Shown: positions 31,036-41,839, numbered from the stretch's first letter. The stretch is 64,000 nt of DNA from an uncultured Gemmatimonadales bacterium (GCA_963809895.1 CAWELD010000003.1:3360001-3424000); one strand, 5' to 3'. Notes: a model not told the origin generated them from the sequence alone. Made by a program: numbers and translations.

Positions 31036-33834
31036 TCAGGCCGAGGCAGATTCGTTCGCCCCGACTCCTTTTCCATTGTAGACGAACGATCCGTCGTCAG
31101 CGAGATCGATCTGGATCGTGTCGGGCTTGGCCCCCTCCACCAGCGACTCCAGCAGGATGGTGGAAAGGTCCGGGAGCAGCGTGTTGGTGAGGATGTTGTC
31201 GATGTTCCTCGCCCCGCTCTCCACCTCGGTGCAGCGATTGGCGATCTCCTGCACGATGGCGTCGCTGTGCAGCAGGTCGACCCGGTGTTGGGCCTGAAGG
31301 CGCCGCTCCACCTTGGCCAGCTTGAGGCGCACGATGGTCTTGAGCGCTTCGTCGCGGATCGGGAAATACGGCACGATCACCGTCCGCCCCAGGAGGGCCG
31401 GTTTGAAGACGCCGTCCAGCTCGGGTTTGATGGCGGTCACCAGCCCCTTGGAGCTGGGCGTCGTCTCGGGGTCGGCACACAACTCCATGATGGTGTCCGT
31501 GGCCGCGTTGGTCGTGAGAATGATGATGGTGTTGCGGAAGTCGATCTCCCGGCCCTCACCGTCCTCCATGCGCCCCTTGTCGAAGACCTGGAAAAAGAGC
31601 TCCATGACGTCGGGATGCGCCTTCTCGACCTCGTCGAGCAGCACCACCGAGTAGGGCCGCCGCCGCACGGCCTCGGTGAGCACGCCGCCTTCGCCGTAGC
31701 CCACGTAGCCCGGCGGTGAGCCTTTGAGGCTCGACACCGTGTGGGCCTCCTGGAACTCGGACATGTTGATGGTGATGAGGTTGCGCTCACCGCCGTACAG
31801 CAGGTCCGACAGCGTCAGGGCGGTCTCGGTCTTTCCCACGCCGCTCGGGCCCACGAGCATGAAGACGCCCACCGGCTTGCCCGGGTCCTCGATGCCTGCC
31901 TTGGACGAGCGGATGCGGTGGCTGATGACCTCCAGCGCGTGGTCCTGACCGATGATGCGCTCCCCCAGGTACTCCTCCAGCCGGAGCGCCATGGCCACGT
32001 CGTCCCGGAGCATCTTCCCCACCGGGATCCCGGTCCAGCCCGAGATCACCTGCCCCACCAATTCGCCGTCCACGGTCACCGGCACCAGGGGATCCTCTCC
32101 CTGGAGCGCGTCCAGCTCCTCGTCCAGCGCCACCAGCTCCCGTCGCAGCGCCTCGGGGTCGGCCTTCTCCGGGGCGGATTCGGGGGATTCCGGAGCGGCG
32201 TCGGAGTCTCCGGCTCCGTCGGCTCCCGCCGCGGCCTCTTCGTCGCCTGCGGGGGCCGCCTCGGCCGTGGCCTCGGGGAGATCCTCGTCTCCCAGGTCGT
32301 CGGCCGCAGCGCCGGCGGTGGCCTCCAGGGTCCGGCGGAGCTCCCGGATCTTGCCCACCAGCTCGGCTTCCTTCTCCCAGCGCTCCTTGAGCTGACGTAG
32401 CTCCTCTTCGATGGTGTCGTGCTCCTCTTCCAGCCGCGCCAGGCGCTCGCCGTGGTCCAGCCCGAGCGCCTCCTCCCGGCGGAGCACCCGCATCTGCACC
32501 TCGACGTCCTGCAGCCGGCGGGTCGCGGACTCCACCGGTGCCGGGGTCGAGCTCTGGCCCAGGGCCAGCCGCGCGCAGGCCGTGTCCAGCACGCTCACGG
32601 CCTTGTCCGGGAGCTGCCGATCCGAGAGGTAGCGGGCCGACAGGTCGACGGCGGCTTCCATGCCGTCATCCAGGATGCGTACGCCGTGGTGCTTCTCGAG
32701 GCGCGGCACCACGCCTCGCATCATGACCTTGCACAGCTTCTCGGCCGGCTCCTCGACCTTGACGAGCTGGAAGCGCCGCGTCAGCGCCGGGTCCTTCTCG
32801 AAGTACTTCTTGTACTCGGACCAGGTCGTGGCGGCCAGCGTGCGCAGTTCACCCCGCGCCAGCGCCGGCTTGAGGAGATTGGCCGCATCGTTCTGCCCTG
32901 CGGCGCCTCCGGCCCCGATCATGGTGTGGGCCTCGTCGATGAAGAGGATGATGGGCGTGGGCGACGACTTGACCTCGTTGATGAGGCCCTTGAGCCGGTT
33001 CTCGAACTCGCCCTTGACCCCCGCACCGGCCTGCAGGAGGGCCAGGTCCAGGCTCCGCACCGACACGTTGCGGAGCACGGGGGGCACCTCGCCCGCTGCT
33101 ACGCGCATGGCGAATCCCTCCACCACCGCGGTCTTTCCGACGCCTGCCTCACCCACCAGGATCGGGTTGTTCTGGCGACGTCGGGTCAGGATGTCCACCA
33201 CCTGGCGGATCTCGAAATCCCGGCCCAGCACCGGATCCATGCGGCCCTGACGCGCGTCTTCGGTCAGGTCGGTGGTGTACTTGTCCAGGTGCGTGGTCTT
33301 GCCACCTCCCGGACGCGCCGGAGCCTCTCCCGAGGCGCCCGTGGACTGGCGGGGGCCGTCCTCTTCCGACGACGCCCCCACGATGCTCTCGAAGTCCCGT
33401 CGCAGCTCGTCGCCGGAGATCTTGGCGAACTCGGAGCTGGAGGTGGTGAGCCGCTGCTGCAGGTCGCTGTCGGACAGCAGCGCCATGAGCGTGTGCCCCG
33501 TGCGGATGCGCGAGGCGCCGTAGTCCAGCGATCCGATGAGCCACGCCTCGCGCAGCATACTCACGATCTTGGGGCTCAGGGTGGGCCGGTCACCGCTCCC
33601 CGTCTTCATGCGGTCGAGGCGACTGGTGAGATCCGACGCCAGCCGTGCGCGGTCCACGCCGAAATGCTTGAGGATGAAGGCCACGTCCGAGTCGGTGTGG
33701 TCCAGCACCTTCATGAGATAGTGGTCGATCTCGACGTCGTAGTGCGTCAGGGACATGCAGTAGCCGGCGGCGGCGTCCAACGCGGCCCGGGTCTCGTCGT
33801 CGAGCTTGCCGATGAGGGCTTTGAGATTGATCAT
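31036..33834 (-). CDS. tssH: T6SS AAA+ ATPase ClpV
   Basis: RRRQNNPILVGEAGVGKT and GPSGVGKTETA Walker A motifs, SLKGSPPGYVGYGEGG, and a ClpV-type N-domain. Confidence 0.97.
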   Translation of the reverse strand: MINLKALIGKLDDETRAALDAAAGYCMSLTHYDVEIDHYLMKVLDHTDSDVAFILKHFGVDRARLASDLTSRLDRMKTGSGDRPTLSPKIVSMLREAWLIGSLDYGASRIRTGHTLMALLSDSDLQQRLTTSSSEFAKISGDELRRDFESIVGASSEEDGPRQSTGASGEAPARPGGGKTTHLDKYTTDLTEDARQGRMDPVLGRDFEIRQVVDILTRRRQNNPILVGEAGVGKTAVVEGFAMRVAAGEVPPVLRNVSVRSLDLALLQAGAGVKGEFENRLKGLINEVKSSPTPIILFIDEAHTMIGAGGAAGQNDAANLLKPALARGELRTLAATTWSEYKKYFEKDPALTRRFQLVKVEEPAEKLCKVMMRGVVPRLEKHHGVRILDDGMEAAVDLSARYLSDRQLPDKAVSVLDTACARLALGQSSTPAPVESATRRLQDVEVQMRVLRREEALGLDHGERLARLEEEHDTIEEELRQLKERWEKEAELVGKIRELRRTLEATAGAAADDLGDEDLPEATAEAAPAGDEEAAAGADGAGDSDAAPESPESAPEKADPEALRRELVALDEELDALQGEDPLVPVTVDGELVGQVISGWTGIPVGKMLRDDVAMALRLEEYLGERIIGQDHALEVISHRIRSSKAGIEDPGKPVGVFMLVGPSGVGKTETALTLSDLLYGGERNLITINMSEFQEAHTVSSLKGSPPGYVGYGEGGVLTEAVRRRPYSVVLLDEVEKAHPDVMELFFQVFDKGRMEDGEGREIDFRNTIIILTTNAATDTIMELCADPETTPSSKGLVTAIKPELDGVFKPALLGRTVIVPYFPIRDEALKTIVRLKLAKVERRLQAQHRVDLLHSDAIVQEIANRCTEVESGARNIDNILTNTLLPDLSTILLESLVEGAKPDTIQIDLADDGSFVYNGKGVGANESASA

Positions 33835-33843
33835 GGCGGCCCC

Positions 33844-34887
33844 TCAGAGGGTGAGGACGGTATCGTCGGCGTCTCGGGCCATGGGGGCCGAGCGGAGCCA
33901 GGTGGACCATCCCAGGGGAATATCGTCGTCTTCGCCGAGCTCGATGCGGGGCACATCGCCCCGTTCGAGGATCAGCTTGACCTCGAACTCGATCTCGTCG
34001 TTGGAAAAGAAGCGCGTGATGGCCCGCAGATCGCGGTATGCGGAGCCGGTGGGCAGGAACTCCCGGTACGTCTCCAGGGGCAGCGGGCCCAGCGTGAGGC
34101 GGACCCTGGAATTGGGATCCCAGACCTCGTCGCCGACCAGGGCGCCCAGGCCGAGCTGCGAGGAGTAGTCGTCGGACTCGTCGTCCACGCGGCACTGCAC
34201 GCTTTCGGACACGTCGTACCAGGCACCCACGAACTGCTCGACCTCGACAGGCACTTCGAAATAGTCCTCGAGGATCTGCTCGAGGGCGCCCGCGCTCCGT
34301 TGGCGGGTGGCCAGGAGCCCCACGTAGGGGAGGAGCAGGCGCGCATCCAACTCCAGCGCGTCGCGGGCACCGGCATCGCCCAGTCCCACCAGGTCGAACA
34401 GGTGCGTGGTGACGGGATCCTCTTCGCCACGCTCGAAGGGCGCGTAGAACCGGTAGCGCTCCCAGGCCCGATAGAAGAGGGAGACCAGCCGATGGTGGAA
34501 GAGGTCCAGGAAGTCCAGCAGCGCCGGGTGTCGGTTGCGCGCCCGCTCGGATACGAGGACGGAATAGTGCCGCGGGAGCACGCCCATGTGTCCCACCAGC
34601 CCCATGAAGTTCACCCGCATGCGCCAAGGCGCCTCGTCTCCGTCGTCGAAGAGCTCGTCGATCTCGCTGGCGGGAAAGGCCAGGTCGGGGTTGGAGCCGA
34701 AGCGAAGGATCTCGTTGGCGGGATCGCCGAAGTACCCCACCCGCTCGCGATCCGGGTGGAGCCGCTGGAGCAGGCGCACGGCCTGGAAGAACCGGAAGGA
34801 ATGGAGGTCCTCCACCAACTCCCGGTCCAGCGAGCGCATCTCGGCTCCGGTCAAAGGAGCGGCTTCAGTCCTGCCCTCGGTGGCCAT
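33844..34887 (-). CDS. tssG: T6SS baseplate subunit TssG
   Basis: FFQAVRLL, LAFPASEI, FMGL.G..G.LP.HY, DFLDLFHHRL and VEQFVG.W motifs. Confidence 0.95.
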   Translation of the reverse strand: MATEGRTEAAPLTGAEMRSLDRELVEDLHSFRFFQAVRLLQRLHPDRERVGYFGDPANEILRFGSNPDLAFPASEIDELFDDGDEAPWRMRVNFMGLVGHMGVLPRHYSVLVSERARNRHPALLDFLDLFHHRLVSLFYRAWERYRFYAPFERGEEDPVTTHLFDLVGLGDAGARDALELDARLLLPYVGLLATRQRSAGALEQILEDYFEVPVEVEQFVGAWYDVSESVQCRVDDESDDYSSQLGLGALVGDEVWDPNSRVRLTLGPLPLETYREFLPTGSAYRDLRAITRFFSNDEIEFEVKLILERGDVPRIELGEDDDIPLGWSTWLRSAPMARDADDTVLTL

Positions 34888-36680
34888 GCCTTCAAAATCT
34901 CCGGACGCTGCCTGGTTCGTGCAACAAGGCGTGAAAAGCTGTTGAGCGACGCGTACTGTGCGAGGAAGCGCTCCAGCACCGAGGCGAACAGGAAGACGCT
35001 GTCCCCGGTGAAGGCCTCTTCGTCGAATTCGATCTCCACGCTCCGCCCCCGGGCGAAGCTCAGCCCGTGCGCCCCGTGCACCGGTGCCTGCATGGGTTCG
35101 CTGCGGATGCCCAGGATGCCGTCGATGTGGCGCTGCGCCAGCGGAGATCCGCCGAAATCGTAGAGCCGGAGCATCTCCTTGAAGGCGTCGGCTCCCCGCT
35201 CCACCAGCGACAGGTGATTCAGGGACAACATGGACACCAGACGCCAGAACTGCCGACCGCCCAGCGGCGGTCGGATCGCCCGCGTGGGCGTGATCAACGC
35301 CGAAATGGCCTTGAGCGGCGCGGCTTCCTCTTCCAGGTAGAAGTCCGAGGGCGCGGTGCCGAAGGGGAGCTCGTTGGGCAGATTGCCGTTGGAGCAGAGC
35401 ACCGTGGCCGCCACCGAGTGGAACTCGGGGTGCAGGGTCGTGCCTTCCACGTCGACGAAGGCGATCCAGACGTCCGAGGCGCCGTCCCGTGCCCAGCGTC
35501 GGGGCTCCCGACGCGAGTACCAGAACGCGGCGGGCTCCGAGTCGCCGGAGCGGTGCCGGAGGGCGTAGAAGGGCTCGAAGGGCACCTTCTCGGTGCTGCC
35601 CGCCGAGATGGCCGCCACGCTCTCGATGGAGAACACCTCGGCATCCCCCTGGATCGAGACCGGATACTCGACCTTGCGCTGGTCCAGGGTGATGGGCCGC
35701 GAAGTGGCGGAGAACAGGTTGACGACGGGCGTGCACCCGAAGCGGAACGTCTTTCTCCCGACCCCTTCCTGGAGGCGTGCGTGGCGCTCGGGAAGCTGGA
35801 AGCGCGAGATGTAGAACAGCACCTGCGCCGAGGTGCCCAGCTCGGTGGAGCGCAGGCGTTCGAGGCCGCCCAGATCCAGGAAGAAGTACTTGCGCGGAAA
35901 GGCGAAATACTCCTGGATCATGCGGAACGGCAGGAACGACCGGCGCGGCTGGGGGATCATGCCCTGGTTCGGCTCGAATCCCACCGGCCTGAGCTCGCGG
36001 GCCGGCAGCGTGAAGCGCCGCTCGGGAGTCTCGGGATCCCACACCACGATGTGGGTGCAGTTGTTCAGCAACAGCTCGTAGAGCCCACCGATGAGCCCCG
36101 GCTCGCCGTCCAGGAAGAAGCGCAGCTCGGAGATCGGCAGCTCGTTGAGCGGCAGCTGTCCCAGCGATTCCAGGTCGAGGCGCAGCACCGCGGCCGCGTC
36201 GGTGGGCGTGGGGTGCCCGATCTCCTGGGGCGAGTGCCAGCCCGCGTCGCGCACCCGCAGGGGCCACAGCGTCGTCTCGTAGCAGGTGCGGAAGCGCCAG
36301 CGGCTGCCGTCGGTGGCCGGAGGGGTCACCAGGCGCGCGTGCCGGGGAATCGTCCAGCCGCTGGCCAGCATGCTCTGATCCGGATCGAGCTCGAGCTCCA
36401 CCAACGACATGGAGGGCAGCGGCCGCAGGTAGTGGGGATAGACGACGTTCAGGAGCGCCTGGGCGATCTCCGGAAAGTCGTCGTCTACCTTCAGGTGCAC
36501 GCGCGCCGCGAGGAACGCAAAGCCCTGCAGGAGCCGCTCGACGTGCGGGTCCTCGGCTCGCGTGGCCTCCAGTCCCAGGCGTGACGCGACGGCCTTGTAA
36601 TCCTGGGCGAACTCGGCTCCCAGCTTGCGCAGGAACGTGAGCTCCCGCTCGTAGTAGTCGAGAAGCCGTTCGTCTCTCAT
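34851..36680 (-). CDS. tssF: T6SS baseplate subunit TssF
   Basis: YYERELTFLR..G.EFA, DPHVERLL.GFAFL.AR, QEYFAFP, CTPVVNLF and LSLNHLSL motifs. Confidence 0.97.
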   Translation of the reverse strand: MRDERLLDYYERELTFLRKLGAEFAQDYKAVASRLGLEATRAEDPHVERLLQGFAFLAARVHLKVDDDFPEIAQALLNVVYPHYLRPLPSMSLVELELDPDQSMLASGWTIPRHARLVTPPATDGSRWRFRTCYETTLWPLRVRDAGWHSPQEIGHPTPTDAAAVLRLDLESLGQLPLNELPISELRFFLDGEPGLIGGLYELLLNNCTHIVVWDPETPERRFTLPARELRPVGFEPNQGMIPQPRRSFLPFRMIQEYFAFPRKYFFLDLGGLERLRSTELGTSAQVLFYISRFQLPERHARLQEGVGRKTFRFGCTPVVNLFSATSRPITLDQRKVEYPVSIQGDAEVFSIESVAAISAGSTEKVPFEPFYALRHRSGDSEPAAFWYSRREPRRWARDGASDVWIAFVDVEGTTLHPEFHSVAATVLCSNGNLPNELPFGTAPSDFYLEEEAAPLKAISALITPTRAIRPPLGGRQFWRLVSMLSLNHLSLVERGADAFKEMLRLYDFGGSPLAQRHIDGILGIRSEPMQAPVHGAHGLSFARGRSVEIEFDEEAFTGDSVFLFASVLERFLAQYASLNSFSRLVARTRQRPEILKAWPPRAGLKPLL

Positions 36681-36714
36681 GCGGTCAGGCAGCCTGCCTC
36701 TGGATGGAGCGGTC

Positions 36715-37191
36715 TCATTCCGTCACGGTGAAGCGCCCGCTGTTCATCTCGAGCACCGTATCGAACTCCACGCGCTCGGGGTCCGGGTCCAGGCGCAGCG
36801 TCGCCTCGATGACGAACTTCAAGCTGCGCGTGGACTTGCTCTTGGCATCGTCGTCGGCGCGGTGGATGCGTACGTCCCTGAGGCGCGGCTCGAAGAGCTC
36901 GATCTCGCGCTCGATCATGCGCAGGAGCCGGGCCGGCGTCGTCGAGGCGTCGGCGCTCATCGACGCGAAGTCCGGCAGCCCGTAGTTGTAGATGGAGTTC
37001 TCCAGCTCCACCCGTGGAGCCGTGGCCGGCGAGCCGCTCTCGCGAGTGTTCAGGAGCCACTCCAGGTCCCGCAACAGGTTGTCCTTGAGCCGCTCCACCG
37101 AGCCGTCCCAGTCGCGGGGCTCCGGCTCCTCGCGGATGATACGGTCCAGGATCGACTGCCGGACCCTCGACGGGCGGTCACGCTGAGCCAT
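36715..37191 (-). CDS. tssE: T6SS baseplate subunit TssE (gp25-like)
   Basis: S.LDR., RDLEWLLNTR, YGLPDF and FEPRL motifs. ATG at 37191. Confidence 0.93.
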   Translation of the reverse strand: MAQRDRPSRVRQSILDRIIREEPEPRDWDGSVERLKDNLLRDLEWLLNTRESGSPATAPRVELENSIYNYGLPDFASMSADASTTPARLLRMIEREIELFEPRLRDVRIHRADDDAKSKSTRSLKFVIEATLRLDPDPERVEFDTVLEMNSGRFTVTE

Positions 37192-39061
37192 CGCCTTCCT
37201 CCGTCGACTCGGCGCCGGCCTCCGCGGGCTGAGCCGGGGCCGCGGCCTTGCCCCCGGCGGCGGGCGCAGCCGTGGTGGCACTGCCCTCGAGCGAGATGGC
37301 CAGCACCGGGTCCAGACGGCAGATGTCGTCGTAGAGCTGCTGGCGCTTGCGATCGTTGGCCGGAAGGCACCTGTAGAGGAGCCCCAGGGGCCGGGCGATC
37401 ACGGCGGCCGGCTCCCACTGCTCCAGATTGCGCTTGCCGATCTGGTCGACGAGCTGCTCCAGGATGGGCCGCGCGACGCCGGTGCTGCCCATGTCCACCA
37501 GCACCGAGGCCGCCAACGACTCGGTGATGAAGCGGGCTCGGGGGCTCTCCTCGCGGTCGGCACGCTTCATGAGAAGCTCCACCCCCCGGCGCGGGTTGCC
37601 CGACGCCACCCACTCCAGGGCCTTCTCGTGGGTGGCCTCGCTGAGGACGCGGTCCCGGTCGTAGTCCGGGCTCGCGCTCGCCCCACCGTCGGCCTCGCCA
37701 TCCCCCCCCACCAGTCCCGACAGCCGCAGCCATTCCACCGTCTCGACGTTGGCGGTGGGCGTGTCGTCCATCAACGTCTTGTCGAGGATCTCCGGGAGAT
37801 CGCGCAGGAGTTGGGCGATCTCGCCCTGGATCGCCTCGGCTACCGGACGGTAGGTGGACCCGAGATTGTCCAGCGCAGTGAGCACGTAGCGCTGCAGATC
37901 GAGCCAGCCACGACCGCTGGGCGTCGCCATGACGTCTTCACAGGCGCTCAGGAGCGCCTCCCACTCTCCGTTGAGGAGGTGCATCTTGAGGCGCTTGCGC
38001 AGCTCCGTGGAGGGCGCGTCCAGCAGACGCACGTCCAGTCCGCTGCCGGTACGCAGCTCGCCCCAACGGAGCGCACGCAGGACCAGGTACGGGGCCGGAT
38101 TCGTGGGATCGGCCTTGCGCAGATAGCGGGCGGCCGAGGTGATGCGGCCCTGGGCATCGTCGGAGCTCGCCGGCTCTGCGGACAGCGAGCCTCCGCTCCG
38201 GGGCGCCGCAGCGGCTGCTGGCGCACTCGGGCCACCGGCGTCAGTCTCTGGACTCGCGCTCGCATCGTCCGCACCCGGTGTCGCGGCGGCCTCCGCTTCG
38301 GGGGGATCCGGGTCGGTCTCCAACTTCTTCTCGACGAGGACGCCCACGTAGGTCTGAGCCCGCTCCAGGCTCTCCCGGAGATGCGTGAAGCTCGGGCGAT
38401 GGCCCTTGCTGTCGGCGTAGCGCTGCCCGCACAGCTCCTGAAGCGCCGCCACCTCTTCGAGACAGCCCTTCACCTCCGCCTCGCGCTCCCGGTACCACGC
38501 CTTGGAGGTCTCGGCGAAGCCCTGCTCGAAGTTGTCGGACCGGGGCGCCCGCGGGTCGTCGTCCTCGTCCTTGCCCTTCTTGCGCGCGTCGCCTTCGCCG
38601 AAGGAGTCCTTCTTGATCCCCCTCCACGATTCGAAGTGGTGCAGGTGATGGCCCCACGAGGTGATGGAGACGAACTTCACCGGTTCGTAGCGTTCGTCCC
38701 TGGCCTTGAATCCGTCGCCCATGTAGTCGAGAACGAAGGCCCGGTCCTCGGGATGCTCCGGAAAGAGGTGATCCCAGAGCCCGTCCAGAAGCCCGTGGAC
38801 CAGTCGCAGGCCCTGGCGCAATCCCCCGAAGCCGTCCATGTGGAGTCGCGCCTCGGTGTACCACACGGCCACGGTGAGATCCTTGGACTCCCCGGTGAGG
38901 ATCTCGGTGGCGACCTCCACCACCTCGGCGAAATCGCCTTCACCGTCCCTGGCCTCTTCGCGCAGGTCGGTGAGCCGGGAGTAGATGGTCTCATAGCTGA
39001 CGTCGGTTCCCCCGGGGCGCTCCTCGTCGATGGGCGCCAGCAGCTCGTCCAGCCCGCTCAT
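37178..39061 (-). CDS. tssA: T6SS TssA (ImpA N-domain plus VasJ-like C-terminal domain)
   Basis: LL.PI….P.G, SKDL…W..EA, GL..GL, W..L.P, R.LRW.EL, WLDLQ and C-terminal WEP…LDP motifs. Confidence 0.9.
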   Translation of the reverse strand: MSGLDELLAPIDEERPGGTDVSYETIYSRLTDLREEARDGEGDFAEVVEVATEILTGESKDLTVAVWYTEARLHMDGFGGLRQGLRLVHGLLDGLWDHLFPEHPEDRAFVLDYMGDGFKARDERYEPVKFVSITSWGHHLHHFESWRGIKKDSFGEGDARKKGKDEDDDPRAPRSDNFEQGFAETSKAWYREREAEVKGCLEEVAALQELCGQRYADSKGHRPSFTHLRESLERAQTYVGVLVEKKLETDPDPPEAEAAATPGADDASASPETDAGGPSAPAAAAAPRSGGSLSAEPASSDDAQGRITSAARYLRKADPTNPAPYLVLRALRWGELRTGSGLDVRLLDAPSTELRKRLKMHLLNGEWEALLSACEDVMATPSGRGWLDLQRYVLTALDNLGSTYRPVAEAIQGEIAQLLRDLPEILDKTLMDDTPTANVETVEWLRLSGLVGGDGEADGGASASPDYDRDRVLSEATHEKALEWVASGNPRRGVELLMKRADREESPRARFITESLAASVLVDMGSTGVARPILEQLVDQIGKRNLEQWEPAAVIARPLGLLYRCLPANDRKRQQLYDDICRLDPVLAISLEGSATTAAPAAGGKAAAPAQPAEAGAESTEEGDGSA

Positions 39062-39069
39062 GGCCGAGG

Positions 39070-39786
39070 TCAGGTCTCGGAGGGACCGTCGATGACGAGC
39101 TCGCGCAACTCGAGGATGGGAAACTCCTCGTCGTCGACCAGGAGCATCTTCTGGCCCACGGGAGCCTCGTCTCCGTCGGAGAGCTCCACCCACCGGGTGA
39201 CCCGCCCGAGACGGACCTCGTCGTCGGGGTCGGAGCTCGCGGACGCCGTGAGCGCCGGCACCAGGGCATCGCCGAGCTCCACGCCACCCAGGGGCTCGCC
39301 GCCCGTAATCTGCACGCGTGCCCACAGGAGGTCACGAAGTCGCTGCGGCGCCTCCATGCGAACCGATGCCAGGTGCTCCAGCGCGAACCAGCGATACTGG
39401 CCTTCGATGAATACCTCGAGGCGGGGGCCGATCCGGGGATCGGCGTCCTCGAGCCGCTCGAAAGGCTTGCCGTTGAGCGTGCCCCGCACCGGACGAGGCG
39501 CAGGATCGCCGGGCTCCGGGAACGCGCCGGATGCGAACATCTCGGCGCGTTCCCGTTCGCTCTCGATGACGTGCTTGTAGGCGATGATTCCCAGGGCCGC
39601 CTCCGGGTCCATGCGTGCGAGCACGTCCAGCTGCTTGCCCGCGCGCTCGTAGTCGCCGGCGAAGCTGAGCAGCTCGAACAGAAACGTGCGTCGCTGCACG
39701 TCGGTGGGGTCGTCCCGCACCTCGGCGTTCAGGGCCTCGATGGCCGCCGTCAGCCTGCCTTCCCGATAGAGGGCCCTGGGATCCAA
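39070..39786 (-). CDS. tagJ: T6SS accessory TagJ (ImpE/SciE)
   Basis: R..P.D…R.FLFELL.FAG…RA.KQL, DAD.R.GP.LE, LRDLLW and LGR.T.W…..GQK motifs. Confidence 0.9.
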   Translation of the reverse strand: MDPRALYREGRLTAAIEALNAEVRDDPTDVQRRTFLFELLSFAGDYERAGKQLDVLARMDPEAALGIIAYKHVIESERERAEMFASGAFPEPGDPAPRPVRGTLNGKPFERLEDADPRIGPRLEVFIEGQYRWFALEHLASVRMEAPQRLRDLLWARVQITGGEPLGGVELGDALVPALTASASSDPDDEVRLGRVTRWVELSDGDEAPVGQKMLLVDDEEFPILELRELVIDGPSET

Positions 39787-39806
39787 GAGCGTCTCCCGCC
39801 CAGGAC

Positions 39807-40292
39807 CTACGCCACCCCGGTGCGGACGTCCCAGCTACCCACGTGGTCGCCACCGCGGGTGCCGTCGGGATTCTGCTCGGCGTAGGTGATCTCCACGCGG
39901 CCGAAGTCGAAGTTGACCACTTCCTGGGGGACCGGGTCACCCGAGTCGGCACCCGACCACTGGATGGCCGACACGTACAGCTCCTCGAAGTCGTACACGA
40001 GGTAGTCCAGGGCGGCGCTGCCCCCCGACTTGTACAGGGTCAGCTTGCCCGTGGGAAAATGCTCCCCGGTGCAGCACTTCATGAAGAGCTCGGCGCTGGC
40101 TGCATCGGTCTTCTTGACGACCGTGAAGGGGGACAGGCTCACCGTGCCGGTGCCGCCGCCGCCGCCGACGCCCACACTCGAGGGATTGGAGGCGCCGAAA
40201 TCGAAGGAGATGATCTCGATCTCCCCCTCGTGTCCGCTCCTCTGGGACTCGCCAGAGACTCCTTCGATGGTCAGATATGCATCCCACGCCAT
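39807..40292 (-). CDS. hcp: T6SS tube protein Hcp (TssD)
   Basis: AYL.IEG..GES…H..EIE..SF.FG, K..D.AS..L…C..G.H and E…F.F..V...Y motifs. Confidence 0.95.
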   Translation of the reverse strand: MAWDAYLTIEGVSGESQRSGHEGEIEIISFDFGASNPSSVGVGGGGGTGTVSLSPFTVVKKTDAASAELFMKCCTGEHFPTGKLTLYKSGGSAALDYLVYDFEELYVSAIQWSGADSGDPVPQEVVNFDFGRVEITYAEQNPDGTRGGDHVGSWDVRTGVA

Positions 40293-40342
40293 GGTGTCCT
40301 CCTCGGAGGGTTAGTTGGTGGCACTCACGTCAGATCCGGCGG

Positions 40343-41839
40343 CTACTCCGTCGGAACGTCCGCCACGAGGCGGAGCGAGAAGTCCACCGCGTCCAACTGG
40401 AAGTGCGGCCTCAGGTACGCCACCGCCTGGTAGGTTCCCGGGGCTCTGGGGTTCTCGATGACATCGATGCGCGCATCGGAGAGCGGCTTTTTCGCCTTGG
40501 CGTCTTCCGAGGCTCCTTCGCTCTTGAGCACGTACTCGCCGATCCAGTTCTGCAGGAACTTCTGCAGCTCGCTACGGCTCGTGTAGCGCCCGATCTGATC
40601 GCGCATCATCACCTTCAGGTAATGCGCGAAGCGCGATACCGCGAAGATGTAGGGAAGCTGCGCCGAGATGGCCGCGTTCGCCGTGGCCGCGTCGCCACCG
40701 GTGCCGACGTACTCCTTCGGCTTCTGAGCCGACTGCACGCTGAAGAACACCGCGTTGGGCGAGTTCTTCTCGTTGGCCAGCGGCGCGAAGCCGAGCTTGG
40801 CCATCTCCATCTCGTGGTCGTCGGGGATGACGACCTCGGTGGGACACTTCATGGCCACGTCACCGGCGTCCGTCTCGAAGGTGTGGACGGGCAGCCCCTC
40901 CACCTTTCCTCCGGACATGACGCCCCGGATCCTGGCGCACCATCCGTGGCGAGCGAAGGCCGAGGTCACGCGTCCGGCGAGCCCCCAGGCCGAGTTGCCC
41001 CACAGGTAACGGTCGTGCTCCTTGCCCGAGACGTCCTCCTCGAAGTCGAAGGTGTCCAGGGGATTCTGCTTGCCGTAGGGCTCGCGGAGGAGCATGCGCG
41101 GCGCCGTCAGCGCCACGTAGCGCGAGTCCTCGTTCTCCCGGAACGCCCGCCACTGGGCGTACTCCGAGCCCTCGAAGATCCCCGACAGCTCGTACATGTT
41201 GTCGAGCTCGGTGAAGCTCTCGAAGCCGAACATCTCCGCCGACGCCGACGTCAGGAACGGAGCGTGGGCCGTCGCGGCGATCTTGGACATGGCCTCCAGG
41301 AGCTTGATGTCCTGGCCGGTCTTGTCGAAGGCGAAATCGCCCACGATCGCGCCGTACGGCTGACCGCCCAGCACGTTGTACTCCTGCTGGTAGATCTTGT
41401 TGAAGAGCTGGCTCCGGTCCACGCCCATGGCCGCACGGCCCGCCGTGGTGTCGCGCAGGAGCTCCTTCTTCGTGATGGGAAAGACCTTCACCTTCAGCAT
41501 GGGGCCGGTCTCGGTGTTCGCCACCAGGTAGCGGAGCCCGGTCCAGGTCGCTTCCAGCTTCTGGAACTTCTCGTGGTGGATGATCTCGTTGAGCTGCTTC
41601 GACACGAGGCGATCGATCTCGGCGATCTGCTGGTTCAGCATCGCCTCGGTATCGGCGCTGAAGGTGACCGCGCCTTCGAGCACGTCCTTCACGAAGAGCT
41701 TGATCATCTCGCGGCCGCGGTCGGCCGCGTCGGGCTCCTTGCCCCACCTTCCTTCGTCTACGAGCTGGTCGAGGAGACTCTGCTCGGTGACCTCGGCTTC
41801 GGCAGCGGCCGGTGCCTTTTCCTGTTCAGGACTCGCCAT
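40343..41839 (-). CDS. tssC: T6SS sheath large subunit
   Basis: QLNEI.HH..FQ.LE..W.GL, AHAPF, W..FRE.EDSRY, YLWGN.A, KCPTE and RFAHYLK.M.RD.IG motifs. Confidence 0.97.
   Translation of the reverse strand: MASPEQEKAPAAAEAEVTEQSLLDQLVDEGRWGKEPDAADRGREMIKLFVKDVLEGAVTFSADTEAMLNQQIAEIDRLVSKQLNEIIHHEKFQKLEATWTGLRYLVANTETGPMLKVKVFPITKKELLRDTTAGRAAMGVDRSQLFNKIYQQEYNVLGGQPYGAIVGDFAFDKTGQDIKLLEAMSKIAATAHAPFLTSASAEMFGFESFTELDNMYELSGIFEGSEYAQWRAFRENEDSRYVALTAPRMLLREPYGKQNPLDTFDFEEDVSGKEHDRYLWGNSAWGLAGRVTSAFARHGWCARIRGVMSGGKVEGLPVHTFETDAGDVAMKCPTEVVIPDDHEMEMAKLGFAPLANEKNSPNAVFFSVQSAQKPKEYVGTGGDAATANAAISAQLPYIFAVSRFAHYLKVMMRDQIGRYTSRSELQKFLQNWIGEYVLKSEGASEDAKAKKPLSDARIDVIENPRAPGTYQAVAYLRPHFQLDAVDFSLRLVADVPTE

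Noticed and set aside
33844..36267. 807-aa extended TssG (likewise extended starts for TssA, TssE, S9 peptidase, ADOP and DDAH)
   Set aside because: The extensions overlap the upstream genes out of frame. Family motifs begin at the downstream starts I report.
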